This document shows positions 38,098-49,631 of a stretch of 64,000 nt of DNA, one piece after another. The notes below the pieces were generated by a model. That model saw only the letters and a list, made by a program, of their open reading frames with translations. It had not been told where the DNA came from and ran no database searches. The translations under genes were made by a program, and so were the position numbers. Source of the stretch: Malacoraja senta (Eukaryota); contig JAXLNO010000101.1 in NCBI GenBank assembly GCA_038087875.1, forward strand, positions 62,001-126,000, read 5' to 3'. The stretch's first letter is position 1. Every line of letters starts with the position of its first letter.

Positions 38098-41000
38098 ATT
38101 TAAAAAACAACTCTCGTTGGCCAAAGTGCTTTACATTTCTTATAAGAATAGCACAAAACAAAACAAACTACATACATATATATGTAGCCCTCTCTCAGAG
38201 GACGTCAGGAAAGGCTTGGGAATATAGATAAGTCTTTAGTCTTGACTTAAAAGAGTCGATCGAGGAGGCAGTTCTGTTGGGAAAGCGCATGTTGTTCCAC
38301 AGTCTAGGGGCTGCAACCGCAAAGGCGCGGTCGCCAGTGAGCTTATGCCTAGACCGTGGGATATTCAGCAACCCCAAGTCGGCCGATCTGAGGTGCCTGG
38401 AGGTGGAGTGGTGGGTGAGAAGACTTTTTATGTAGGTGGGGGCAAGCCCATTGAGGGCTTTGTAGACATGGTTGAGGATCTTGAAGTTTATACGGAACCG
38501 CACAGGGAGCCAGTGGAGAGAGGCCAGGATCGGGGTGATGTCCCTTTTTCGGGTGCCCGTCAGGAGTCTCGCTGCGGCGTTTTGGATCAGTTGCAGGCGG
38601 AACAGGGAAGATTGGCTGATGCCAGTGTAAAGGGAGTTGCAGTAATCTAGGCGGGAGGAGATGAATGTGTGAATGATCTTTTCGAGGTCATCAAACTGGA
38701 GGAATTGTTTTAATTTAGCTATCGTCCGAAGCTGAAAGAAGCTAGCTTTTACCACGGCATTGGCTTGTTTGTCTAATTTCAGTGCTGAGTCAAATATCAC
38801 GGCAAGGTTTTTGACGTGAGGTTTGAGTAGTGGGGTAAGGCTTCCAAGGCTGCCTGCTATCATTTTGATTGAGCCCGAGGGGCCGAGAAGGATGACCTCA
38901 GACTTACTCTCGTTTAGTTGGAGGAAGTTCTGGGCCATCCAACACTTTATATCCTCGAGGCAGTGCGTAAGGTTAAACATATTTGATTGTTTTTTAGGTT
39001 TCAGGGGGTGATAGAGTTGTGTATCGTCTGCGTAGCAATGGAAGGAAATACCGTGCCTGTCAATGACTTGGCCTAAGGGGAGCATATACAGGGAGAAGAG
39101 AATGGGGCCAAGGATGGAACCTTGTGGAACCCCACAGCAGAGATTAGCTGGGGAGGAGAAAGAGTTGCCTATGTTAGTCGAGAAACACCTGCCTTTGAGG
39201 TAGGAGATGAACCAGCTCAGGGCAGTGCCATCAATACCAACCCCATACCGGAGACGGTCAATTAGGATGGTGTGGTCGACAGTATCAAATGCTGCGCTGA
39301 GGTCAAGAAGGAGCAGAATTGCACAGTCGTCGGAGTCAACGGTGAGCAGAAGGTCATTGTGTACCTTCATCAAGGCAGACTCTGTGCTATGTGGAGCCCT
39401 GAAACCTGATTGGAAAGTTTACAAGATGGTGTTTTGGTGAAGGTAAGATATAAGTTGACTTAATATTACCTTTTCAATGGCTTTTGAGAGGAAAGGCAGT
39501 TTAGAAATGGGTCTGTAGTTGCTTGGCAAGGTGGGGTCGAGGTTAGGATTTTCAGGAGTGGTTGGACCATGCTTGAAGCAGGTAGGTACAGTGCCAGTGG
39601 CCGGAGAGCTGTTGAAGATGGCGAGGATGCTGGGACCAGCTGTTGTAATGACGTCCTTTAGGAGGGCAGAGGAGCCAGTGTCGAGGGGGCAGGTAGTACG
39701 TTTCATAGTGGTGATCAGTTTTACAAGGGAGGGTAGAGTAACGGGTTGGAAACAGTCTAATTTTGAAGAGCAGACCAATGAGACAGCCAGGTCACGGGTG
39801 GGAGGGGAAATATTCGTTCTTATGTTCTTTACCTTCCTGGTGAAAAATGTGGTAAATTCCTCGCACTTAGCAGGGGACCCAGTTAGGCTGGTGCTGGTGG
39901 CAGGACAGATGATGGTGGTAAAAAGGACCTTGGAATTTTGCGCGTTTTTGGAGATAAGGGTGGAAAAATATTTAGTTCTTGCAGATGTTACTGCTTCCTG
40001 GTATTTGTGAAGATTATTTTCAGGAGTTCAAAGGAAATTTGAAGCTTATCATATTTGTTCTTCCGTTCTGATTTTCTGCATTCTCTTCTTAGGGCTCAGT
40101 TGGTATCATTGAGCCACGGCTCGCCTTTAGGCTTAGGCTTTTTCATTTTAAGAGGAGCAACAGAATCCAGGACGGAAGTGCAGGTATTATTGAATAAAGA
40201 AATTCGGTCGTCGGTACTGAGATGGGGGGTGGACGCCTCAATAGTGCAGATGTCGGGGGCGGCTATAAGAGCCTCAGAGAACGTACTGGCCGTCGTGGAG
40301 TTAACGTCGCGGTAGTAGGGAGCAGGGAGATGGGATTTTGAGGGAGAGAGAGGCAGAGATGTATCAAATATAGTAGCACTATGATCAGACAGGCAGGCGT
40401 CAATAATATCTGTGTTACGAGTTGGGAGACCAGACGAAAGCACTAGGTCTAGTGTATGGCCAAGCTTGTGCGTGGGTCCAGTGACTAGAGACAGATTGAA
40501 GGACTCAACCAGGTTCATAAATTCACTCACAAGAAGGTTCGTGGGACAACAAACATGAATGTTAACGTCACCAAGAATCAGGACCTGGTCAAATTTGGGC
40601 AACAAGCTAGCAATAAGATCACCAAATTGTGAGATAAAGTCCTTATGCATCTTTGGTGGGCGATACACAAGAACAATTAAAAGCAGACAGATTAGACCAA
40701 CTATGGTTAGTTTATGTTCAAAACTGGAGACGTGCTCAGTGTTCAGAAGGCGGCTGTTGAAATTCTTCTTAAACACAGTGGCTAGGCCCCCACCGCGACC
40801 TGAGAGCCTGGGTGAGCTGAGAAAGTTACAGGTATCAGGGCAGAGTTCCACGAGTGGAGCAAGATAACCAGGATTAAGCCAGTTTTCAGTGATCAGTCCA
40901 ATCCACGTGCGGTGAAGAAATCATTGAGGACGAAGGTTATATTCAGCACTTATCTCGCATTGATCAGGGCCACTTTTGCAGGGACTGCAGGTGAGTTGAG

Positions 41001-41140
41001 GGCCGGTAGCGGCTCCCACGCCAGCGGGCGGAGGTTCAGGGAGACGACGCGGCTGCGCTTCACACAGGGCCTGGCTTGGAGCCCGCGTGCCGACAGACCT
41101 GGGACCGGGAGGATCGATCGGAGAAAGACATACTTGGGTT
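38098..41140 (-). mobile_element. L2-clade LINE copy 2 (near-complete single APE-RT ORF, decayed, 5'-truncated)
   Basis: ALINAR*VLN..F.LNDFF APE start, APE 40096-40851, NYRPISKLPFLSK, and RT plus C-terminus 38195-39373 ([35 protein letters not shown]). 3' UTR contains tgtaaagcactttgg. Confidence 0.94.
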
Positions 41141-44100
41141 CAAACCACCTTTTGCATTTTCAAAGCAAACTACCTTTTGCATTTTGAAATCAAACCTTTT
41201 GCATTTTCAAAGCAAATAACCTTTTGCATTTCCAAACCAAACCACCATTTGTATTTTCAATCCAAACCACCTTTTGCATTTTTAAAACAAACCACCATTT
41301 GCATTTTCAATCCAAACCTTTGCATTTTCAAACTAAACCACCATTTGCATTTTCAAACCAAATCCCATTTGCATTTTTAAACCAAACAACCATTTGCATT
41401 TTCAAACCAAACCAGCATTTGCATTTTCAAAGCAATCCACCACTTGCATTTTCAAAGCAAACCTTCATTTGCAATTTCAAAGAAAACCTTTTGCATTTTC
41501 AATGCAAACCTTTTGCATTTCCAAAGCAAACCTTTTGCAATTTCAAACCAAACCACAATTTGCATTTTCAAACCAAACCACCATTTGCATTTTCAAACAA
41601 AATCTTTTGCATTTTGAAATCAAATGTTTTGCATTTTGAAACCAAACCTTTTTCATTTTCACTCCAAACCAAAAAGTTGCATTTTCAGACAAAACCACTA
41701 TTTGCATTTTCAAACCAAACCACCATTTTGCGTTTTCAATCCAAACCATTTGATTTATCAAAGCAAATCTTTTGCATTAAAAATCAAATCTTTTGCATTG
41801 AAAATCAAATCTTTTGCATTTTCAAAGCTAACCTTTTGCATTTTCAAAGCAAACCTGTTGCATTTTCAAAGTAACCCACATTTTGCATTTTCAAAGCAAA
41901 CCACCTTTTTTTCATTTCCAAACCAAACCACCATTTGCATTTTCAAACCAAACCACCTTTTGCATTGTCAAAGCAAACTACATTTTGCATTTCCAATGCA
42001 AACCTTTTGCATTTTCAAAGCAAACCACCTTTGGCATTTCCAAACCATACACCATTTGTATTTTTAACCCAAAGCACCTTTTGCATTTTCAAAACAAACC
42101 ACTTTTTTTGCATTTTCAAAGCAAACCTTTTGCAATTTCAAAGCAAAACTTGTGCAATTACAAACCAAGCAAACCTTTTTGCATTCTCAAACCAAACCCC
42201 CTTTTGCATTTTCAAACCAAACCACCATTTGCATTTTCAAACCAAACCACCTTTGCATTTGCAAAGCCATGCTTTTGTATTTACAAAGCAAAACCTTTCC
42301 ATTTTCAAACCAAACCTCCTTTTGCATTTTCAAACCAAACCTCCATTTGCATATTGAAACCAAACCACCATTTGCATTTTCAAACCAAACATCCTTTTCC
42401 ATTTTCAAACAAAACTTTCTTTTGCATTTTCAAACCAAACCTTTTGCATTTTCAAAGCAAACCATCTGCATTTTCAAAGCAAACCTTCGTTTGTATTTTC
42501 AAAGCAATCCACCTTTTGCATTTTCAAAGCAAACCAACTTTTGCATTTTGAAAACAAACCTTTTGCATTTTCAAAGCAAAATTTTGAATTATCAAGCAAA
42601 CCTTTTGCATTTTCAAGCTAAACCACCTTTTGCATTTATAAAGCAAACCTTTTGCATTTTCAAAGCAAATTTTTGGATTTTCAAACAAACCTTTTGCATT
42701 TTCAAACCAACCTTCCTTTTGTATTTTAAAAGCTAACTTTTGCATTTTTAAAGCAAAACCTTGGCTTTTTAAAAGCAAACCACCTATTGCATTTCAAAAC
42801 CAGACCACCATTTGCATTTTCAAACCAAACCACTTTTTCAATTTTCAACGCACACCACTTTTTCCATTTTCAAAGCAAACCTTTAGCATTTTCAAAGCAA
42901 ACCTTTTGCATTTTCAAAGCAAACCTTTTGCATTTTCATACCAAACCTCCATTTGCATTTTCAAACCAAACCACCATTTGCATTTTCAAACCAAACTTCC
43001 TTTTGCATTTTCAAACCAAACCACCATTTTCATTTTCAAACCAAACCTCCTTTTGCATTTTCAAACCAAACTGCCTTTTGCATTTTCAAAGCAAACTTTT
43101 GCATTTCAAAACCAAACCCCCTTTTGCATTTTCAAAGCAAACCTTTTGCATTTTCGAAGCAAACTTTTGAATTTTCAAACAAACCTTTTGCATTTTCAAA
43201 CCAAACTTCCTTTTGTATTTTAAAAGCAAACCTTTGCATTTTCAAAGCAAAACTTGTGCTTTTTTAAAGCAAACCACCTATTGCATTTCAAAACCAGACC
43301 ACCATATGCATTTTCAAACCAAACCACATTTTGAATTTTCAACGCACACCACTTTTTGCATTTTCAAAGAAAACCTTTTGCATTTTCAAAGCAAACCTTT
43401 TGCATTTTCAAAGCAAACCTTTTGCATTTTTAAAGCAAACCTATTGCATTTTCAAAGCAAACATTTTGCATTTTCAAACCAAACCCCCATTTGCATATTC
43501 AAACCAAACCACCATTTGCATTTTCACACCAAACCACCATTTGCATTTTCAAACCAAACCACCTTTTGCATTTTTAAAGCAAACTAACTTTTGCATTTTC
43601 AAAACCAACCTTTTGCATTTTCAAAGCTAACCTTTTTGCATTTTCAAAGCAGACCACCATTTGCATTTTCAAAGCATACCACCATTTGCATTTTCAAAGC
43701 AGATCACCTTTTGCATATTCAAAGCAAATCAACGTTTTTATTTTCATAGCAAACCACCACTTGTATTTTCAACCCAAACCACCTTTACCATTTTCAAAGC
43801 AAACCACTTTTTACATTTTCAAAGCAAAACCTTTTGCATTTTTCTAACTAAATCTCCTTTTGCATTTTCATACCAAATCACCATTTGCATTTTCATACCA
43901 AACATAATTTTGCATTTTCAAACCAAACCACGTTTTGCATTTTCAAAGCAAACCACCATTGCCATTTTCAACGCAAACCTTTTGCATTTTCAAAGCAAAC
44001 ATTTTGAATTTTCAATGCAAACTGTTAGCATTTTCAAAGCAAACACTTTGCATTTTCAAACCAAACCTTTTGCATTTTGAAACCAAACCTTTTGCATTTT

Positions 44101-44986
44101 GAAACCAAACCTTTTTCAATTTCACTCCAAACCACCATTTCCATTTTCAAACCAAACCACTATTTGCATTTTCAAACCACACCTCCTTTTGCATTTCCAA
44201 ACCAAACCACCTTTTGCATTTCCAAACCAAATCACCATTTGCGTTTTCAACCCAAACCACCTTTTGCATTATCAAAGTAAACCACTATTTGCATTTTCAA
44301 ACCAAACCTCCTTTTGCATTTTCAAAGCAGCTTTTGCATTTTCAAACCAAACCTCCTTTTGCATTTTCCAAGCCAACCTATTGCATTTTCAAAGCAAACC
44401 TTTTGAATTTTCAAGCGAAACCGCCTTTTGCATTTTCAATCCAAACCACCATTTGCATTTTCAAACGAAACCACTTTTTGCAATTTCAAACCAAACTTCC
44501 TTTTATATTTTCAAACCAAACTTCCTTTGCATTTTCAAAGCAAGCCTTTTGCATTTTCAAAGCAAACCATTTGCATTTTCAAAGCAAACATTTTGTATTT
44601 TCATAGCAAACCACCTTTTACATTTTCATAGCAAACCACCTTTTGCATTTTCAAACCAAACCACCATTTGAATTTTCAAACCAAACCACCATTTTCAAAC
44701 CAAACCAAACCACCTTTTAAATTCTCAAAGCAAACCACTTTTAACGTTTTCAAAGCAAACCTTTAGCATTTTCAAACCAAACATCCTTTTGCTTTTTCAA
44801 ACCAAACCACCATTTGCATTTTCAAACCAAACCACCATTTGCATTTCCAAAGCAAACCTTAATTTCAATTTTCAAAGCAAACCTTTTGCCTTTTCAAAGA
44901 AAGCAACCTGTTGCATTTTCAAAGAAAACCTTTTGCATTTTCAAAGCAAACCACATTTTGCATTTCCAAACCAAACCAGCATTTGT
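41141..44986. repeat. Satellite array block 3
   Basis: Same monomers. The first 1.4 kb or so parallels 19606-21100. Confidence 0.98.
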
Positions 44987-45197
44987 ATTTTACTTCGGAG
45001 TCACGTGAGTGACTACATGAAGAACCCCGCCAGTGCGCCTGCGCGTCATTACGTTAGATGCCTTGACGCAAACGGACGTGAGGAGCAGAGCTCCTACAGT
45101 GGTTTGTAGTTTTTCAACTACAAGGTAAGTAGAAAGGTTTTTCATGTTTTCCAGGTCCGTTTACTGTGGGTCTATGGGGTTTTTTTCCACAGACGCC

Positions 45198-46343
45198 ATG
45201 GGAAAAAACGGACAGGGGGAAGAGGCGAGCGACACAGCCGACAGAAGTCGGGAAAGTCGGGAGTCTGCGGTTAGAGACCAACCGCCTCTAAACCCCGGTA
45301 CAGTCGCCAGCGGTGAGCATAGCGACTGTGGACCTGGGGCAGGTGAAAACACAGTCAGCGCCTGTCGGCCAAAAGACAAAGTTTAAATCCCAACGGCCCC
45401 CGGAGGGAGTCCCAGGCAATGGAAGTAGCTCCAGGGCTAGATACTGCTTTCGAGCGTATTGCCCAAATAGAAAGCCTTTTACATAGGCTGTTGGAGCAAA
45501 GTTCACTCAGGGGGGAGTGTACTGAAAGCCAAGCTGCAGGAAGCAGCTTAACAGCACCTGGCTCAGGGCTGATGGAATGCACCCTCAGGAATGAGGAGCG
45601 TGCTACGGGTCATGAGATTTCAGACCCGACTCTGACGGTGAGGCTGTACAAGGCGATGAACGGCAGCTGCCAGATGTTCCACCCCTGGCAGTAGGATTCG
45701 CTGCCCCGTCTGGGTCAGGAGAGCCATTAGGAGAAGAACTGGCGTCCTTAATAAATTACTTGGTTTACCATCAGCTGGAACAGCAGGAGATGGATGGGAC
45801 TGCAAAAAAGCAGGAGACCCCAAGTAATTGTGGATTGCTGAAAGCAGCAGCAGTGAACAAAATTATCTGGAATCAGTTCCAGATAATATTAAAGCTGCTG
45901 GGTTCTGGAATAACTGCTTTTACCACAATAGCAGGTAACAGCCAAGAGATGACGAAGTTGCATCAGGAAGCACTGGGGTTGCTATGCAGCACCCACTTCG
46001 AGATCAATTATCTGAAGAAAGTGCTATACGGCCTACTATGAATCCGAAATTCGCAGCACTCTGCAAACCAAGTAATATACAATTACCCAACTTACTCTTT
46101 GGAGAGGATCTCGGGAGACGTATTAAAGAGTTGGAAGATGAAGCGAAAACAGGATTGATAAAAACATCAATGGTTGCAAAGTCTGTAAAGAGGAAGTATC
46201 CTTTCAGACGTCATACGGATCCTAGACCAGGACCAAGTCGCTCATCGACGCAGGGACGTAGCTGGCGGCCTGCAGCGGGAGTAAGGACCAGTGGTGGTGC
46301 TTCCGGGAGAATCCAGGGATCTCAGAATACTCAAATGATTTAA
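45198..46343 (+). pseudogene. DIRS gag-like ORF1 (copy 3), frameshifted
   Basis: gccATGg at 45198, ETPSNC..L....VNK.IW, NLLFGEDL and a basic C-terminus. Confidence 0.75.
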
Positions 46344-46384
46344 GAGGTGGACCTGGTTCTCAGGGGAACATACTAACTGGATTA

Positions 46385-48140
46385 AGTCCAAAAGTTGGAG
46401 GCAGATTACGTCCCTTCTATAAACATTGGAAGAAGATTACTTCAGATGTGGTAATTCTGAATAATATACAAGGATTTCGAATTGAATTCAATCCAAATTA
46501 TGATTTGACTGTCCACCATGTTCCTAGCAGAACTCTCCACTTTGCGATAATGGAGGTTCAAGTTGCGCTTCAAAACCCTATATATAAAAGGTGTTATTGA
46601 AGAATCAGTCTACCAAATTCACCAATTTGGGTCAAATATATTCCCTCGATCAAAAAAGGATGGAGGATGTAGGATTATTATAGACTTGACAAGTCTGAAT
46701 CCTTTTGTTCAGTGTCTGTTCACTTGCAAGATATGAAGTATCTTAAATTTACATGTATGAACCAATTAGGGCAGTTCAAAGCTCTGCCTAATGGGTTAAC
46801 GTTCCCTCCCAGAATATTCATAAAATTGTTAAAATCAATTCTGGGGTTTCTGAGAGCCAGGGGCATGTACTAATGGCATACTTGCATCATGTCCTGATTA
46901 TAGGAAGGACAAAACAGTCAACAGAAGCATCGGTTGCAGTAATAAAATCAAACTTTTGAAAGTTTGGGGGTTTCTAAATTCATCCAAAGAAATCAAGGTT
47001 AAAAACATGTACCTCGATTGATTATTTGGGGTTCACAATTGATTTAGCCCAAATGCAAATTACTTTGCCCAGTGAAAAAAGGGTGGAGTTGATTAAAGAT
47101 TGCAGTAATCTGTTAAACGAGCAAAAACCTCTAATCAGCCAGGTGTCTCGAGTACTGGGAAAATTAGTAGATTCCCAGCAGTCCAGTATGGACCATTACA
47201 TTATCAATAGCTGCAGAGAATCAAAGAACAGGCACTGAGAGTAAATGCTGGTCATTTTGATAGAACCATGCAAGTAACAACAAATGCTGTTTCTAAGCTG
47301 CAGTGGTGGATTCTACATGTCTCAAGCAGTTCAGGCAAAGTGCTGATTGAACAACATTCCATGATATTACAAACTGATGCCAGTGCACTAGGATGGGGGT
47401 GCAACTGACTTAACATGGAGCTGCGGAGGCAGATGGAATCAGGAAAAGTTAGTGTTACTGCAGACATGGGGAATTACCTATTTGGAGCTTTTAGGAGGTT
47501 TCTAAGCTTATGGTTCTAACACAACTAAAAGGAAGGTTCAAGTTCAAATTAATAAACACAACAGTAGTTGCCTATATTAATGATATGGGTGGAATTAAGT
47601 CGGTGTCATGTGACAAAATGGTTAAATCAACTTTGGTCTTGGTGTATTGAAAAGAACATTTGGATTTCAGCTATCGATCTACCAGGTAGAATGAACACGA
47701 TAGCAGACACCAGGTCACGAAAAGTTCCATGATAATAAAGAATGGATGTTGAATCAAGAGGTATTCAATGATATAGTAATCAGATTTGGAATGACCGACA
47801 TCGACTTGAATCATCAGCTATCGAGATATGTCTCATGGAAACCAGATCCAGGAGCAGTGGCGATTGATGCTTTCTCGCTACATTGGGGTGGTATGTTTTC
47901 ATATATATATTTCCACCTTTCTGCCTCGTAAGCCAATGTTTGCTTAAAATCAGGCAAGATGCTGCTTCAAGGATATTGGTAGTAGCAGATTGGCCTACAC
48001 AGCCATGGTATCCGTTGATATTAGAATTAACAACACAAATATTGATGAAAGTCCCAAAAAAGAGTAATTTATTGCTGCACCCTGTACAGGGGAACAACAT
48101 CCATTATATGATCGTTTGGATTTGTTGATTTGCAGGGTTT
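46385..48140 (+). pseudogene. DIRS pol (copy 3), heavily disrupted
   Basis: VGGRL, KKDGGCRIIIDL, YLHH in place of YLDD, QTDASALGWG, IFPPF and WPTQPWYP. Confidence 0.88.
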
Positions 48141-48144
48141 AAGA

Positions 48145-49116
48145 ATGCCTTTTCTGGGACGAGGACTGTCTGAGCATGTCCACTGTCTGTGGACATGCTT
48201 ACGGCAGCCTGGAGGTAGAGCACTCAAAAACAGTACCTTTCTTATATTAAGAAATGGGAAGAGTTCTGTGTACAAAATAATGTGCAATAAAGTACTGCAG
48301 ATATTTCAAATGTTTAGAATTTCTGTCAAAACGTTATTATGATGAAGGTATGAGTTGTAGTGCAATTAATTCAGCCAGAAGTGCATTTTCCTCATATTTG
48401 GTTCTGGATTCAGAAAGAAACTCAATTGGGTCACACCCAATTGTTTCCAGACTAATGAAAGGAATCTTTAATTCTAAACCACCGAAACCTAGGTACGTGA
48501 CAATCTGGGATGTAAGTGTGGTACTGAAACTACTTCGTGAATGGTCATCAAGTGTGTCTTTACCTTTGGTCAATCTCAGTATGAAAGTATTCATGCTTAT
48601 GGCATGAGTGACAGCACAACGAGTGCAAACACTTGGAAAATTACAAATAGACAGTATGGAAGTAACTGAAGACAAGGTTACATTCTATATCTATGACCTA
48701 CTAAAGTAAATTAGGCCAGGTGTGACAGGATTTAAAATTATGCTAGCAGCATATCCAAATGATCCATGTCTCTGCATTAAGACATATTTATTACAATACA
48801 TTGAGGTCACAAAGAATTTGAGAATACGGAAACTGGGTTGTTGATCACACACAAGAAACCACACAAGAGAGTTTCAATACAGACTATTTCCAGATGGATA
48901 GAAGAAGTCTTAACAGCTGCTGGTATTAACACTTATGTTTTTACGCCTCACTCGCCTAGGGCAGCAGAAACGTCGGCGGCCAGGGCAAAAGACGTCCCCG
49001 TCGACCATATCCTCGCAGCCGCCGGGTGGTCCAATGAGTTGATATTTCAACATTTTTACCATCGGCCTATTGTTAATGCGGGGTTGTTTGCAGAAACTAT
49101 TTTAAGTTCTGTGTAA
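48145..49116 (+). pseudogene. DIRS tyrosine recombinase (copy 3), retaining the catalytic C-terminus but with stops and frameshifts
   Basis: SAINSARSA, TAQRV, TISRWI, FTPHSPRAA (H-x-x-R), AAGWS and FQHFY (catalytic Tyr). Confidence 0.9.
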
Positions 49117-49631
49117 ATTCCTCTGGTTTAAAGGGGATCTGATTCATTTCATTATTGAAATGAGTTACTGCATTTGTGGTACAAATGTTATTATGAATGC
49201 ATGTTTGATTATTCTCGTTCCGAGTCAATCTATGCAGTGAGAAGTCGGGATTGATCCACGGCATGAAATCACAAAGCTTTAAAATCTTCACGTAGTCACT
49301 CACGTGACTCCGAAGTAAAATAGTAAGATTAAACGAGAACTTACCTACGTTTGAAGTTTGATCTTTATTTTATGAGGAGTTACGTAGGTGATTACTTGCC
49401 CACCACGACCCTACCCTCTATCATAAAGGTCAGATGGAAGTTATTGTATTACTCGTTTTATTATGAGACTGTATTACTTCGGTTGTTGTTTTTTGTGATT
49501 TCACACCGGTGCTTTGAAGATTGACGCGCAGGCGCACTGGCGGGGTTCTCCACGTAATCACCTACGTAACTCCTCATAAAATAAAGATCAAACTTCAAAC
49601 TTAGGTAAGTTCTCGTTTAATCTTACTATTT

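Larger units (their letters stand above)
27012..38101 (+). mobile_element. DIRS1-like retrotransposon copy 2 (both termini present, interrupted by L1 at 31018-37611)
   Basis: Near-identical to copy 1 over 27012-31017 and resumes at 37612 (gattaacttcatt). ICR at 37756-37869. Right inverted repeat and extension at 37992-38101. Confidence 0.93.
44987..49631 (+). mobile_element. DIRS1-like retrotransposon copy 3 (4.6 kb, both termini, inserted directly in satellite)
   Basis: 35-bp inverted repeats at 45014-45048 and 49522-49556, ICR at about 49285-49395, and gag, pol and YR remnants. Flanks rejoin as the satellite monomer atttgt-attt-tcaacc. Confidence 0.95.
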
